From NCBI GenBank assembly GCA_963764725.1, contig CAVXTM010000015.1:128001-192000 (forward strand): a stretch of DNA of 64,000 nt, read 5' to 3'. The translations under genes were made by a program, and so were the position numbers. The notes under the pieces are model-generated. The model worked only from the letters and a program-made list of their open reading frames with translations, was not told where the DNA came from and did not search any database. Below are positions 30,160 through 39,971 of this stretch, one piece after another. How positions within the stretch are numbered: the first letter of the stretch is position 1; every line of letters starts with the position of its first letter. This DNA comes from an uncultured Gammaproteobacteria bacterium (GTDB lineage: Bacteria > Pseudomonadota > Gammaproteobacteria > JACCXJ01).

Positions 30160-30169
30160 TTCGGGAGCC

Positions 30170-31063
30170 ATGGCAACGGATCGATGGGATGTCGCGGTCA
30201 CGGCGTTTCTAGCGGGTCTACAGCAACGCTCGCCGCATACCCAGGCCGCTTATCGCCGGGATCTCGGCGGCTTTACGCACTATTGCCGTCGGCAGGCGAT
30301 CACAAGTCCCGAAGCAATCGATGAGAAGTGCGTACGCGATTTCGTGACCTGGCGCCACCGTAGCGGCATCAGCGGCAAGAGCCTGCAACGCTGCCTGTCG
30401 GCGTTGCGCGCTTATTGCGAGTTCCTGGAGTACGAAGGCTGCTTGACGCGAAATCCGGCCAAGGCAGTGCGCGCGCCCAAGGCGGCGCGCAAACTGCCGA
30501 AGCTCTTGGACGTAGACCAAGCCGGGCGTCTGCTCGCCATCGGCGCGGCCGATCCGCTGGCGCTTCGCGATCGCGCGCTGCTCGAGCTACTGTACTCCTC
30601 GGGGCTCCGGGTGTCCGAGCTGGTCGGATTGAACCTGCATGATCTCGATCTGCGCGAGCGTGAGGTGCGGGTGAAAGGCAAAGGCAATAAACACCGCATC
30701 GTCCCGGTAGGCCGATACGCCATCGAGGCGTTGCGCGCCTGGTCGGCGGCTCGAGCGGAAATTGCCGGCGCGGAGCAAACGGCGGTGTTCGTGAATCGCC
30801 GCGGTGGGCGTATCAGCGTGCGCTCGGTGCAATATCGGGTGTTGCGATGGGGCCTATCTCAGGGCATTGACCGGCGGGTGCATCCGCATATGTTGCGCCA
30901 TTCCTTTGCCAGTCACCTCTTGGAGTCGAGCGGTGATCTCCGGGCCGTGCAGGAGCTTCTGGGCCATTCCAATATCAGCACGACACAGGTGTACACGCAT
31001 CTCGATTTTCAGCATCTGGCGCGGGTCTATGACGCTGCCCATCCGCGGGCGCGCCGCCGCTGA
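30170..31063 (+). CDS. xerC: Tyrosine recombinase XerC
   Basis: LYSSGLRVSEL, HPHMLRHSFASH, VQELLGH, TTQVYTH; canonical dapF context. Confidence 0.95.
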   Translation: MATDRWDVAVTAFLAGLQQRSPHTQAAYRRDLGGFTHYCRRQAITSPEAIDEKCVRDFVTWRHRSGISGKSLQRCLSALRAYCEFLEYEGCLTRNPAKAVRAPKAARKLPKLLDVDQAGRLLAIGAADPLALRDRALLELLYSSGLRVSELVGLNLHDLDLREREVRVKGKGNKHRIVPVGRYAIEALRAWSAARAEIAGAEQTAVFVNRRGGRISVRSVQYRVLRWGLSQGIDRRVHPHMLRHSFASHLLESSGDLRAVQELLGHSNISTTQVYTHLDFQHLARVYDAAHPRARRR

Positions 31064-31154
31064 GAGCTAACCGAGTCCGCGGGCTGCGCGTTCTCGCGCC
31101 GAGTGTTGTAGAATTCACCTCTCCCAAACCAACCCGCTTCGATGGATAAGGTTC

Positions 31155-31709
31155 ATGGCATGGCCCCGCTTTGAAGGTACGACCATACTCTCCGTGCGCC
31201 GAGGGAACCGCGTCGTGATCGGCGGCGACGGCCAGGTATCGTTTGCCAATACGGTCATGAAAAGCAATGCGCGCAAGGTGCGGCGTATGCACAACGATCG
31301 CATCTTGGCCGGTTTCGCGGGAGGAACCGCGGATGCGTTTACCTTATTCGAGCGTTTCGACGGCAAGCTGGAAAAACACCAAGGCAACCTCACGCGCGCG
31401 GCGGTCGAGCTTGCCAAAGACTGGCGTACCGACCGGGCTTTGCGGCGTTTGGAGGCGCTCTTGGTCGTGGCGGATGCGGGGACCTCGCTCATCATTTCCG
31501 GGACCGGAGATGTGATCGAGCCCGAGGGCCATGTGATGGCTATCGGATCGGGCGGACCTTACGCCAAGGCGGCGGCGACGGCGCTGTTGCAGCACACCGA
31601 GTTGGGGGCCCGCGCCATCGTGGAAGCGGGGCTTAAGATCGCCGCCGAGATCTGCATCTACACCAACGCCAACCTGACGATCGAGGAACTGGAAGCGGAA
31701 AGTGACTGA
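31155..31709 (+). CDS. hslV: ATP-dependent protease subunit HslV
   Basis: [28 protein letters not shown]. Confidence 0.96.
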   Translation: MAWPRFEGTTILSVRRGNRVVIGGDGQVSFANTVMKSNARKVRRMHNDRILAGFAGGTADAFTLFERFDGKLEKHQGNLTRAAVELAKDWRTDRALRRLEALLVVADAGTSLIISGTGDVIEPEGHVMAIGSGGPYAKAAATALLQHTELGARAIVEAGLKIAAEICIYTNANLTIEELEAESD

Positions 31710-31724
31710 GCCTGATGATACTGC

Positions 31725-33060
31725 ATGAGTGAATTAACCCCGCGGCAGATCGCCGCCGAGTTGGATAAACATATCATCGGCCAAGCGGCCGCTAAGCGGG
31801 CGGTGGCGATCGCGCTGCGCAATCGCTGGCGGCGCATGCAGGTGAGCGGCGATTTGAGGAACGAGATCACGCCCAAGAATATCTTGATGATAGGTCCCAC
31901 CGGGGTAGGCAAGACCGAGATCGCACGGCGTCTCGCGAAGCTTGCCCAGGCGCCGTTCATCAAAGTCGAAGCGACGAAGTTTACCGAGGTCGGTTATGTG
32001 GGGCGGGACGTGGAAACGATCGTCCGCGATCTGGTCGATGTGGCGGTCAAGATGATCCGCGAAGCGGCCATGGCGGGCGTGCGGCGTGCGGCGGAGGCTG
32101 GCGGCCGAGGAGCGGATCCTGGACATTCTGTTGCCGGGAGCGCGGATCAGCGGAACACTAGATCTCGCGAATGCCGACGAAGGATCGACGACGCGTGATC
32201 GCTTTCGCCAGATGTTGCGCAACGGTACGCTGGATGAGCGGGAGATCGAAGCCGAGCTCAACGCCCCGCGCATCGGGGTCGAGATCATGGCCCCCCCGGG
32301 CATGGAAGAGATGACGCACCAGCTCCAATCGATGTTTCAAAACCTGGGGAGCGGTCGTACGCGCACCCGGCGGTTACGTGTCGCCGAGGCACGCAAGCTC
32401 CTTGTAGAGGAGGAAGCGGTCAAGCTCATCAATGAAGATGAAATTAAATCCCAGGCCATACAAAGAGCAGAGCAGCATGGCATCGTCTTCCTGGACGAGA
32501 TCGACAAGGTGGCCCGGCGTTCGGAATTTAGCGGCCCGGACGTATCCCGCGAGGGCGTGCAGCGCGACTTATTGCCCCTGGTGGAAGGTTGCACGGTTTC
32601 CACCAAGTACGGGATGGTGAAGACTGACCATATCCTATTCATCGCTTCGGGGGCGTTTCATCTTTCCAAGCCCTCGGATCTCATTCCCGAGCTGCAAGGA
32701 CGCTTGCCCATCCGTGTCGAGCTAGATGCACTTACAGTACAAGATTTCGTGCGCATACTGACCGAGCCGGACGCCTCGTTGACCGAGCAATACATCGCCT
32801 TGATGGCGACGGAAGGAGTGAGCATGCGTTTCGCCGAGTCGGGGATAGCACGCATCGCCGAGGTCGCCTGGCAAGTCAATCAAAGGACGGAGAACATCGG
32901 GGCAAGGCGCCTGCACACTGTGCTTGAGCGCTTGCTAGAGAGCATCTCTTATAGCGCTGGGAGCGGCGAGGTTGTAGATGTGGACATCGACGCCGCCTAC
33001 GTCGATGGGCAACTGGGCGAGCTCGCTGGCGACGACGACATCGCGAGATATATCTTATAA
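31725..33060 (+). CDS. hslU: ATP-dependent protease ATPase HslU, one frameshift near 32097
   Basis: GPTGVGKTE in ORF 31725-32198 and [20 protein letters not shown] in ORF 32086-33060; one extra G joins them. Confidence 0.9.
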
Positions 33061-33071
33061 CAGCCTACGCG

Positions 33072-33443
33072 ATGGCTGAAAAACCCTTTCCGGCCGAGAT
33101 CAAATTGCACCGCAAATCGCGCGTGCTGGAGATCAGGTTCAACGACGGCAATCGTTTTGATCTGCCGTGTGAGCTATTGCGCGTCTACTCGCCCTCGGCG
33201 GACGTCAAAGGCCACGGCCCGGAGACGGCCGTGCTTCAGACCGGGAAAGAGCAGGTCAACATCACGCTCATCGAACCGGTGGGCAACTACGCTGTTAGGC
33301 TCAGCTTCGATGACGGGCACGCCACCGGGCTCTATTCCTGGAGTTATTTGTATGATCTTGGAATGCATAGGGACCGTTACTGGATGAAGTATTTGGATGC
33401 ATTACGGGAAGCGGGTTACCAGCGCCGCTCGGCGTCCTCATGA
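33072..33443 (+). CDS. DUF971 family protein
   Basis: [32 protein letters not shown]. Confidence 0.9.
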   Translation: MAEKPFPAEIKLHRKSRVLEIRFNDGNRFDLPCELLRVYSPSADVKGHGPETAVLQTGKEQVNITLIEPVGNYAVRLSFDDGHATGLYSWSYLYDLGMHRDRYWMKYLDALREAGYQRRSASS

Positions 33444-34183
33444 GCGAGGCCACGGATTTTGGTTTTCAAAGGATCCGCGGCGAAGAAAAAGCACGGCGAG
33501 TCGCCGGCGTGTTTGCCTCGGTGGCGCCGCGGTATGATTTGATGAACGATTTGATGTCCGGGGGAGCGCATCGGCTGTGGAAGCGCTTCGCCGTCGCCGT
33601 CGCCGGTATCAAACGCGGCGAACGGATCTTGGACCTGGCCGGGGGCACCGGCGATGTGAGCGCCTTGATCGGGCCCGAGGTAGGTGCCGGGGGGCGGGTC
33701 GTTCTCTCCGACATCAATGGCCCCATGTTGCGGCTCGGCCGCGATCGCCTACTCGATCGCGGCCTGGCAAGCAATGTCGATGTCGTGCTTGCCAACGCCG
33801 AGCGACTGCCGTTTCCCGAGGACAGCTTCGATGCCATCCTGATCGCGTTCGGCTTGCGCAATGTAACGGCGAAGGAGCGCGCGCTCGTGTCAATGCATCG
33901 CGTGTTGCGTTATGGAGGGCGCGTGGTGATCCTGGAGTTTTCCCGCCTCGTGGTTCCACTTCTGCAAAGCATTTACGATCTTTATTCGTTCAAAGTGATT
34001 CCGGTGCTGGGACAACTTATTGCCGGTGATAAAGCGAGTTATCGCTACCTCGTCGAGTCGATCCGGATGCACCCCGATCAGGAGACCTTGAAAGCGATGA
34101 TGAACGACTCCGGATTCGAGCTTACGAGTTACTATAACCTCAGTGGCGGGATCGTTGCGGTGCATCGCGGGTACAAGCTTTGA
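33440..34183 (+). CDS. ubiE: Ubiquinone/menaquinone C-methyltransferase
   Basis: [31 protein letters not shown]. Confidence 0.97.
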   Translation: MSEATDFGFQRIRGEEKARRVAGVFASVAPRYDLMNDLMSGGAHRLWKRFAVAVAGIKRGERILDLAGGTGDVSALIGPEVGAGGRVVLSDINGPMLRLGRDRLLDRGLASNVDVVLANAERLPFPEDSFDAILIAFGLRNVTAKERALVSMHRVLRYGGRVVILEFSRLVVPLLQSIYDLYSFKVIPVLGQLIAGDKASYRYLVESIRMHPDQETLKAMMNDSGFELTSYYNLSGGIVAVHRGYKL

Positions 34184-34827
34184 CGGGAGTCGCCGGCGCA
34201 CGCCTCCCGCCCGCGCTGCTAAGCTTTATGGAGCGAGTGTTGGGGTCGCTGTTGCGGCTCGACCCGGAGGCGCTTGAGCGCGTGGCAGCCATGGCAGGAA
34301 AAACCGTTGCCGTGGAGTTGGCGGGTCTCGGGCAGACGATCTATCTCTCGCCGGAAGCGGCCGCGATGCGGCTGCGAGCCGATCATTCAGGCGAGGTGCA
34401 CGTGCGGATCCGGGGCACGCCGCTGGCTCTGTTAGCCATGAGCGCCGACCCCGAGGGCGCGAGCGTCGCGAGCGGTGTCGAGATCATCGGCGATGTCGCG
34501 CTTGGCAGGCACCTGCAGTCGCTCTTGGCTGCGTTTAGCGTGGATTGGGAGGAATTGCTTTCCGGTTACCTCGGCGATTTCGCCGCGCATCAACTCGGAA
34601 ACGGGGGACGCGCGGCCGCGCAGTGGCTTGCCGAGATGCGCGCGACATTCGAGCGCGACATCGCCGAGTACCTCCGCAATGAGGCCGAGTTGTTACCGGA
34701 GCGATGGCAGATCCGGCAGTTTTTGGCTGATGTCGATGAGTTGCGCAGCGACATCGATCGCCTGGGCGCGCGGATCAAGCGGCTCTACGGGCGCTTAGGA
34801 AGGGCGGCAGAGGAACGGCCGGCGTGA
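34180..34827 (+). CDS. ubiJ: Ubiquinone biosynthesis accessory factor (SCP2)
   Basis: DWEELLS...GD motif; position between ubiE and ubiB. Confidence 0.88.
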   Translation: MTGVAGARLPPALLSFMERVLGSLLRLDPEALERVAAMAGKTVAVELAGLGQTIYLSPEAAAMRLRADHSGEVHVRIRGTPLALLAMSADPEGASVASGVEIIGDVALGRHLQSLLAAFSVDWEELLSGYLGDFAAHQLGNGGRAAAQWLAEMRATFERDIAEYLRNEAELLPERWQIRQFLADVDELRSDIDRLGARIKRLYGRLGRAAEERPA

Positions 34828-36491
34828 TTGGCATCGGCCAGTTCCTGCGCGTGCTGGTGATCCAGCGGGTCCTGATCCGCCATGGCCTCGATGAGATCAT
34901 TCTGGCGACACACCTTTTCCGGCCGATTCGGTTTCTTTTGTACGTGCTGCCGTGGAACTGGACACGCTCCGGCTATGCCCCGCGCGCGGAACGGCTCCGG
35001 CAGGTCCTCGAGGACCTCGGTCCCATCTTCGTGAAATTCGGTCAGGTCCTGTCGACCCGGCGCGATTTGATCCCGGACGATATCGCGGAGGAGTTCGCGA
35101 ATTTGCAAGACCATGTGCCTCCTTTTCCTGGGAGCGAGGCGCGTAAGATCGTCGAAGCCGCCTATGGGCGTTCGTTACAGCAGGTCTTCGCCGAATTCGA
35201 CGAGCAGCCCTTGGCCTCGGCGTCGATCGCTCAAGTCCACGCGGCAAAGCTACTGAACGGCCGCGACGTGGTGGTCAAGGTCGTGCGGCCGGGGATCAAA
35301 AAGGTCATCCGCCGCGATCTCAGCCTGCTCGATATCCTTGCCAACTTCGCGGAGCGCTACTGGAGCGAGGGGCGGCGGCTGAGGCCCACACGGGTGATCG
35401 CGGAGTACGAAAAGATCATACTCGATGAGCTTGATCTGGTGCGCGAGGCCGCGAGCGCCTCGCAATTGAAGCGGAACTTCGAAGGGTCGAGCGAGATTCA
35501 TGTTCCCGCCATCGAATGGGACCTGACCCACCGCAACGTGCTGGTGATGGAGCGGATATCGGGGATCTCGATCGACAACGTCGATGCTCTTCGCAAGGCC
35601 GGGGTGGATCTTAGAAGGCTGGCTGAGGTCGGTGTGCAATTGTTCTTTGCGCAGGTATTTCGCGATCGCTTTTTCCATGCGGATATGCATCCCGGCAACC
35701 TATTCGTGATCCCCCCTCGGGGCGACGAGCTGGCTAAGATCGTACCGGTCGATTTCGGGATCATGGGCTCGTTGAGCGAATTCGACCAACGCTATTTAGC
35801 CAATAACTTCTTGGCCTTTCTCAAACGCGATTATCGGCGTGTAGCGGAGCTGCACGTGGAATCGGGTTGGGTCCCCGCGGGCACGCGGGTCGATGACTTC
35901 GAGTTCGCGATCCGCTCCGTGTGCGAACCTATGTTCGAGCGCCCGATCAAGGATGTCTCCTTTGGCCACCTGTTGCTGCGCTTGTTCCAGACCGCGCAGC
36001 GTTTCAGGATGGAGGTCCTGCCGCAGCTCCTGCTGCTGCAAAAAACCTTGGTCAACATCGAAGGGGTGGCGCGACACCTGTGCCCCGATCTGGACATGTG
36101 GCATGCGGCCAAGCCATCCTTGGAGCGGTGGATGAGCGAGCGGGTCGGCGTGCGCCGGATCGTGGGGGCCACGCGCGAGAATCTGCCGATGTGGGCCGAG
36201 CGGCTTCCGAACCTCCCGGGCCACGTCGTGGATCTCCTGGAGCAGCTCAAGCAAGGCGATTTTACGTTGAATATCCATACCAGCAAGTTGCAGGATATTC
36301 AGCACGAGATCCGGATTGCCGCCGAACGCGCGGCCTACGCGGTGGCTGCCGGTGCGTTTATCTTGAGCGCCACGGTGTTACTCGGGCTCGCGGACGAGGA
36401 TACGTTGATGCTTGGCGATGCCCCCTTCGGCGTGTGGCTCATGGGCGGTTTCGGGTTAGTCCTACTGGCGCGTGCGTTTCGGGAGCGTTAG
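34824..36491 (+). CDS. ubiB: Ubiquinone biosynthesis kinase-like protein
   Basis: LGPIFVKFGQ, ASASIAQVH, FFHADMHPGN, DFGI. Confidence 0.97.
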   Translation: MIGIGQFLRVLVIQRVLIRHGLDEIILATHLFRPIRFLLYVLPWNWTRSGYAPRAERLRQVLEDLGPIFVKFGQVLSTRRDLIPDDIAEEFANLQDHVPPFPGSEARKIVEAAYGRSLQQVFAEFDEQPLASASIAQVHAAKLLNGRDVVVKVVRPGIKKVIRRDLSLLDILANFAERYWSEGRRLRPTRVIAEYEKIILDELDLVREAASASQLKRNFEGSSEIHVPAIEWDLTHRNVLVMERISGISIDNVDALRKAGVDLRRLAEVGVQLFFAQVFRDRFFHADMHPGNLFVIPPRGDELAKIVPVDFGIMGSLSEFDQRYLANNFLAFLKRDYRRVAELHVESGWVPAGTRVDDFEFAIRSVCEPMFERPIKDVSFGHLLLRLFQTAQRFRMEVLPQLLLLQKTLVNIEGVARHLCPDLDMWHAAKPSLERWMSERVGVRRIVGATRENLPMWAERLPNLPGHVVDLLEQLKQGDFTLNIHTSKLQDIQHEIRIAAERAAYAVAAGAFILSATVLLGLADEDTLMLGDAPFGVWLMGGFGLVLLARAFRER

Positions 36492-36590
36492 CCACAGTGC
36501 GCGGTCGCTCGCGGAAAGGCAAACGCATGTTCTCGACAAGCTACTACGCCGCATCTTTACATGGACAACCCGCTCGGGGGGCAATTTAAG

Positions 36591-36682
36591 CCGTCGTGCC
36601 GGCATGGATTGCTGGTATCCAGACGACAGAGACGTTACCTTGAACGTCATCCTGAACGTGTGGATTTCGGGATCCCCTGCCG
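36591..36682. repeat. Degenerate inverted REP pair (REPIN-like)
   Basis: GTCGTGCCGGCATGGATTGCTGGTATCCAG and inverted partial TGGATTTCGGGATCCCCTGCCG, between the convergent ubiB and intI stops. Confidence 0.35.
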
Positions 36683-36692
36683 CCTCGCGGGA

Positions 36693-37715
36693 TCAAAGCG
36701 AGGCATCCAGCGGACTTCTTACCCCGCGCCCGCCCCGGTTGAGCACATGGGTATAGATCATGGTGGTCGAGACATCGGCGTGGCCGAGGAGCTCCTGCAC
36801 CGTTCGTATGTCGTAGCCGCCCTGCAACAGGTGCGTTGCGAAGGAATGGCGTAGGGTGTGGCAACTTGCAGGCTTTACCAAACCCGCGGTCCGAACCGCC
36901 TGTCTGAGACCACGCTGCAACACCGTCGGGTCGATATGATGCCTCCGCTCGATTCCGCTCGTCGGGTCGATCGACCGTTTCGATGCCGGAAAGACATACT
37001 GCCATCCCCATTCGCGATTGGCATTGGGGTACTTGCGCTCCAGCGCATAGGGCAGGTAGACGGTGCCAAAGCGCTCGGAGAGATCCCGCTCGTGCAGAGC
37101 CTTGACCTTGGAGAGATGCGTCCTTAGCGGTTCGACGAGCTGGGCGGGCAGCATAGTGATGCGGTCCTTCGCACCCTTGCCGTCGCGCACGACGATCTGG
37201 TGCATCGCGAAATCAAGGTCCTTGATGCGCAGCCGAAGGCACTCCATGAGTCGAAGTCCACTGCCGTAGAGCAGCCCTGCCATCAACCAGACGCTGCCCT
37301 TAAGCTCAGCCAGCACCGCGCGCACCTCCTCTACCGTCAAGACTATTGGCAAACGCACCGGCCGTTTGGCGCGTTCCACATTCTCAATGGTACCGAGCTC
37401 TTGCAGGAGCACGTGATGGTAGAGAAATACGAGCGCGTTGAGGGCCTGATTCTGCGTCGAAGCCGAGACCTTCCGCGCCACGGCCAAGTGTGTGAGGAAG
37501 GCTTCGACCTCGCGGGCACCCATCTGGCGTGGATGGCGCTTGCCGTGGAATAATATAAAGCGTTTAATCCAATGTATGTAGGCTTGCTCGGTGCGAATGC
37601 TGTAATGTCTCCGACGAACGACATCGCGAACCTGATCAAGCAGTCGGGGCGGAGGCGCTGGCGATTTGACGGCAACTTGCTCCTCGCCGTCTTTCCAACC
37701 AAGAACGATTCCCAT
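36693..37715 (-). CDS. intI: Integron integrase
   Basis: [25 protein letters not shown], integron-specific insert [43 protein letters not shown]. Confidence 0.97.
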   Translation of the reverse strand: MGIVLGWKDGEEQVAVKSPAPPPRLLDQVRDVVRRRHYSIRTEQAYIHWIKRFILFHGKRHPRQMGAREVEAFLTHLAVARKVSASTQNQALNALVFLYHHVLLQELGTIENVERAKRPVRLPIVLTVEEVRAVLAELKGSVWLMAGLLYGSGLRLMECLRLRIKDLDFAMHQIVVRDGKGAKDRITMLPAQLVEPLRTHLSKVKALHERDLSERFGTVYLPYALERKYPNANREWGWQYVFPASKRSIDPTSGIERRHHIDPTVLQRGLRQAVRTAGLVKPASCHTLRHSFATHLLQGGYDIRTVQELLGHADVSTTMIYTHVLNRGGRGVRSPLDASL

Positions 37716-37776
37716 TTTTTTGTAATCCTTTGATAGCTATAATGGACCCCCTGAACCGCCCCGCTCTTGCCGCAGG

Positions 37777-37805
37777 ATACTACGGCGCTCCCCTGTGTAC
37801 GTCAA
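37777..37805 (-). promoter_or_regulatory. Sigma70 promoter for intI (Pint)
   Basis: Minus strand TTGACG-N17-TAGTAT. Confidence 0.7.
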
Positions 37806-37808
37806 CAG
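37793..37808. promoter_or_regulatory. LexA (SOS) box
   Basis: CTGTGTACGTCAACAG = CTGT-N8-ACAG, overlapping the Pint -35 box. Confidence 0.8.
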
Positions 37809-37919
37809 TCGATCGCTACCGCCGCCTAGCGCCTCTCACGAGTCCCGCATGATCGGCCCGCAAGCTATTGACGGAGTTGTATATTGGGTGGCGAGTAGAG
37901 GGGCCGCGCCGCAAAACAA

Positions 37920-37952
37920 GGCGGCAGATCGGCCGCCCATTACATGTTGGGC
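37920..37952 (+). other. attI region and first crossover core
   Basis: GTTGGGC at 37946-37952 is the exact complement of the first attC R'' (GCCCAAC); upstream attI limit approximate. Confidence 0.7.
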
Positions 37953-37980
37953 GCCACATTTATAGACTGGAGCACATGTT

Positions 37981-38202
37981 ATGGAAAAGCAACTTACAGC
38001 TATCATCGAGCGTGAAGGAGATGGCTATGTTTCACTCTGCCCCGAGCTGGACATTGCGAGCCAGGGTGGCACTATCGAAGAGGCGCGCGATAACCTCCAA
38101 GAAGCTCTTCAGCTTTTCTTTGAATCCGCTTCGCCTGACGAGATCAAGCAACGTTTCCACGAAGAAGTGTATGTAACGCGGGTGCCCGTTGCCGTTGGGT
38201 AA
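37981..38202 (+). CDS. hicB: HicB-family antitoxin (cassette 1)
   Basis: IIEREGDGYVSLCPELDIASQGGTIEEARDNLQEAL. Confidence 0.88.
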   Translation: MEKQLTAIIEREGDGYVSLCPELDIASQGGTIEEARDNLQEALQLFFESASPDEIKQRFHEEVYVTRVPVAVG

Positions 38203-38416
38203 ATTGAGAGCACTTTCCGGGAAAGAGCTATGCGCTATTCTCAACCGGCATGAATTCGTGGAAGTGCGTCAGCGGGGTAGCCACATCGTGATGCAAAAGA
38301 AGCTGCTGGGCACAACGATAACGGTGCCAGTGCCAAATCATCCAGAGCTTCGCATAGGCACGCTTCAGTCGATCATTCGTCAGTCCGGTGTACCACGGAG
38401 CGAGTTTGAGTCATGA
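38195..38416 (+). CDS. hicA: HicA-family toxin (cassette 1)
   Basis: LSGKEL, RQRGSHIVM, VPVPNHPEL, GTLQSIIRQSG; overlaps the hicB stop. Confidence 0.9.
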   Translation: MGKLRALSGKELCAILNRHEFVEVRQRGSHIVMQKKLLGTTITVPVPNHPELRIGTLQSIIRQSGVPRSEFES

Positions 38417-38423
38417 GGTTGGC

Positions 38424-38486
38424 GCCCAACAACGCGCTCCACACGGACGCTCCTGATCGTCGCGCCGGTGAGCTTATGCGTTAGGT
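38424..38486 (+). other. attC site 1
   Basis: R'' GCCCAAC ... R' GTTAGGT, imperfect palindrome. Confidence 0.88.
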
Positions 38487-38499
38487 CTCACAGGTAGAC

Positions 38500-38928
38500 A
38501 TGCCGGACATTTCACCTCCAGTCGCGACACTCCTGGCAGTATTGCTCAGCGGCTTCTTGTTGCTATATGTCAATCGCAAGAATGCCCGCCGAACCGCTAC
38601 GGCGAAGTATCGTGCTGCGCTACTTGAGGCATTCACCGGTCTTTACCCAATTCCAACCAATTGGCCAGTCAACGTTGACGCGCATCTGAGGCAGATCTTT
38701 CCTCAACTTCAGCGCGCTGTAGCGGAGTTCCGTTCGTATGTTCCTTGGCGTCGCGCTTACGATCGAGCTTGGTTCGTGTATCGTCTTGGCACGGATGGTC
38801 GTGAAATCGACAAGCAGCTCTATCATCAGTACATGGGTTTCACTTCTCCCGGGGAACCGGTCATTAATCCCAAGGGAACGTTCTATACCAACGTCAACAA
38901 GTTGCTTGGTTTCGCCAGTGAGACCTAA
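38500..38928 (+). CDS. Hypothetical protein with N-terminal TM (cassette 2)
   Basis: Fills the cassette; stop lies within the R'' ACCTAAC. Confidence 0.8.
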   Translation: MPDISPPVATLLAVLLSGFLLLYVNRKNARRTATAKYRAALLEAFTGLYPIPTNWPVNVDAHLRQIFPQLQRAVAEFRSYVPWRRAYDRAWFVYRLGTDGREIDKQLYHQYMGFTSPGEPVINPKGTFYTNVNKLLGFASET

Positions 38929-38985
38929 CAACGCGTTCAAGGGGCGACGCGCGAAACGCGCGCGCCCTTAACGCGGGCGTTAGCT
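38923..38985 (+). other. attC site 2
   Basis: R'' ACCTAAC (TGAGACCTAAC complements the cassette start GTTAGGTCTCA) ... R' GTTAGCT; GC-rich stem. Confidence 0.92.
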
Positions 38986-39001
38986 TTTAGAGTGGCACAC
39001 A

Positions 39002-39817
39002 ATGTCAGATGACTCGAACGCCATAAAGATTGCAAACGACTCCGGCTTTCCGCTTCAAATTGTTGTTGAAACGATCGTTACAAAGTTGACGAAGTCTCAC
39101 GGCTGGAAGGTCCGCTTTTCTGAACACTCGTGGGCCAATCGTAAGGGCAGCGCCAGCGGCTTTATTGATTTGGTTCTAGAAGACAAGCACGGGAGTACGT
39201 ATCTCGTTCTAGAATGCAAGCGAAAGAACGAAACTTGGGTATTTATGCGCACGGACGGTACTGCAAAAACGCGGAAACACGCAAAGGCGTGGGCAACTCA
39301 CTATAGAGAAGAAACCCTAAAGCGGTTTGGATGGGAAGATGTTACGCCGGACCCGGCTTGTCCAGAAGCTAGTTCCTGTGCTGTTCGCGGGATGTCCGCT
39401 AACGACAAGACAACTATGCTGGAGCGAATCGGCGGCGAGCTTATAGAAGCAACAGAGGCCTTCGCCCGGGAACAGCGCGACTTCCGTCGATCGAAGCAAG
39501 AGACGATTCGTTTCTATTTCAACGTTATCGTAACTACCGCCCAACTGAAGATTGTAAAGTTCGCTCCGGAATCCATTTCCCTTGAGGATGGAACGTTTGC
39601 GGACGCAGAGGTTGTGGACGTTCCTTTTGTTCGCTTTCGAAAGCAGCTTTCGTCTCGCGCGGTACGCTTGACGCATGAGCAGTTCGAGAACGGGTTCGAC
39701 CCTGCATATGAGAGAGAGAATACGGTGTTTGTTGTTAGAGCAAGCGAACTCCTCGACTTTCTCCAACAATTTGAACTGTCTGAAAATGACTTTCTTAAAT
39801 TTGCGCATGAAAGCTAA
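39002..39817 (+). CDS. PD-(D/E)XK nuclease-like protein (cassette 3)
   Basis: SGFPLQ...FIDLVL...LVLECKR pattern; lower GC; stop within R''. Confidence 0.7.
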   Translation: MSDDSNAIKIANDSGFPLQIVVETIVTKLTKSHGWKVRFSEHSWANRKGSASGFIDLVLEDKHGSTYLVLECKRKNETWVFMRTDGTAKTRKHAKAWATHYREETLKRFGWEDVTPDPACPEASSCAVRGMSANDKTTMLERIGGELIEATEAFAREQRDFRRSKQETIRFYFNVIVTTAQLKIVKFAPESISLEDGTFADAEVVDVPFVRFRKQLSSRAVRLTHEQFENGFDPAYERENTVFVVRASELLDFLQQFELSENDFLKFAHES

Positions 39818-39901
39818 CCATCGCATCAAAGCCGTTCGCTTCTCTCACTCGACCGCGCAAGCGCGATGCACTTGCGCGGCGCTTTATGCGAGTCGTTGGG
39901 C
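39812..39901 (+). other. attC site 3
   Basis: R'' AGCTAAC ... R' GTTGGGC; inner palindrome CCGCGCAAG/CTTGCGCGG. Confidence 0.9.
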
Positions 39902-39971
39902 CGATCGTGGCGGCGTGCTATCCGAGGGGCTCCAGTCCGCGTCATCTCCTGAGGCTCCCTGAGACCTTTCG

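Noticed and set aside
30170-31063. xerC as a mobile-element integrase
   Set aside because: It is in the canonical dapF-DUF484-xerC housekeeping context.
37715-37900. Cassette promoter Pc candidates (TATAAT at 37738, TTGACG at 37868)
   Set aside because: Neither has a correctly spaced partner box, so no promoter was called.
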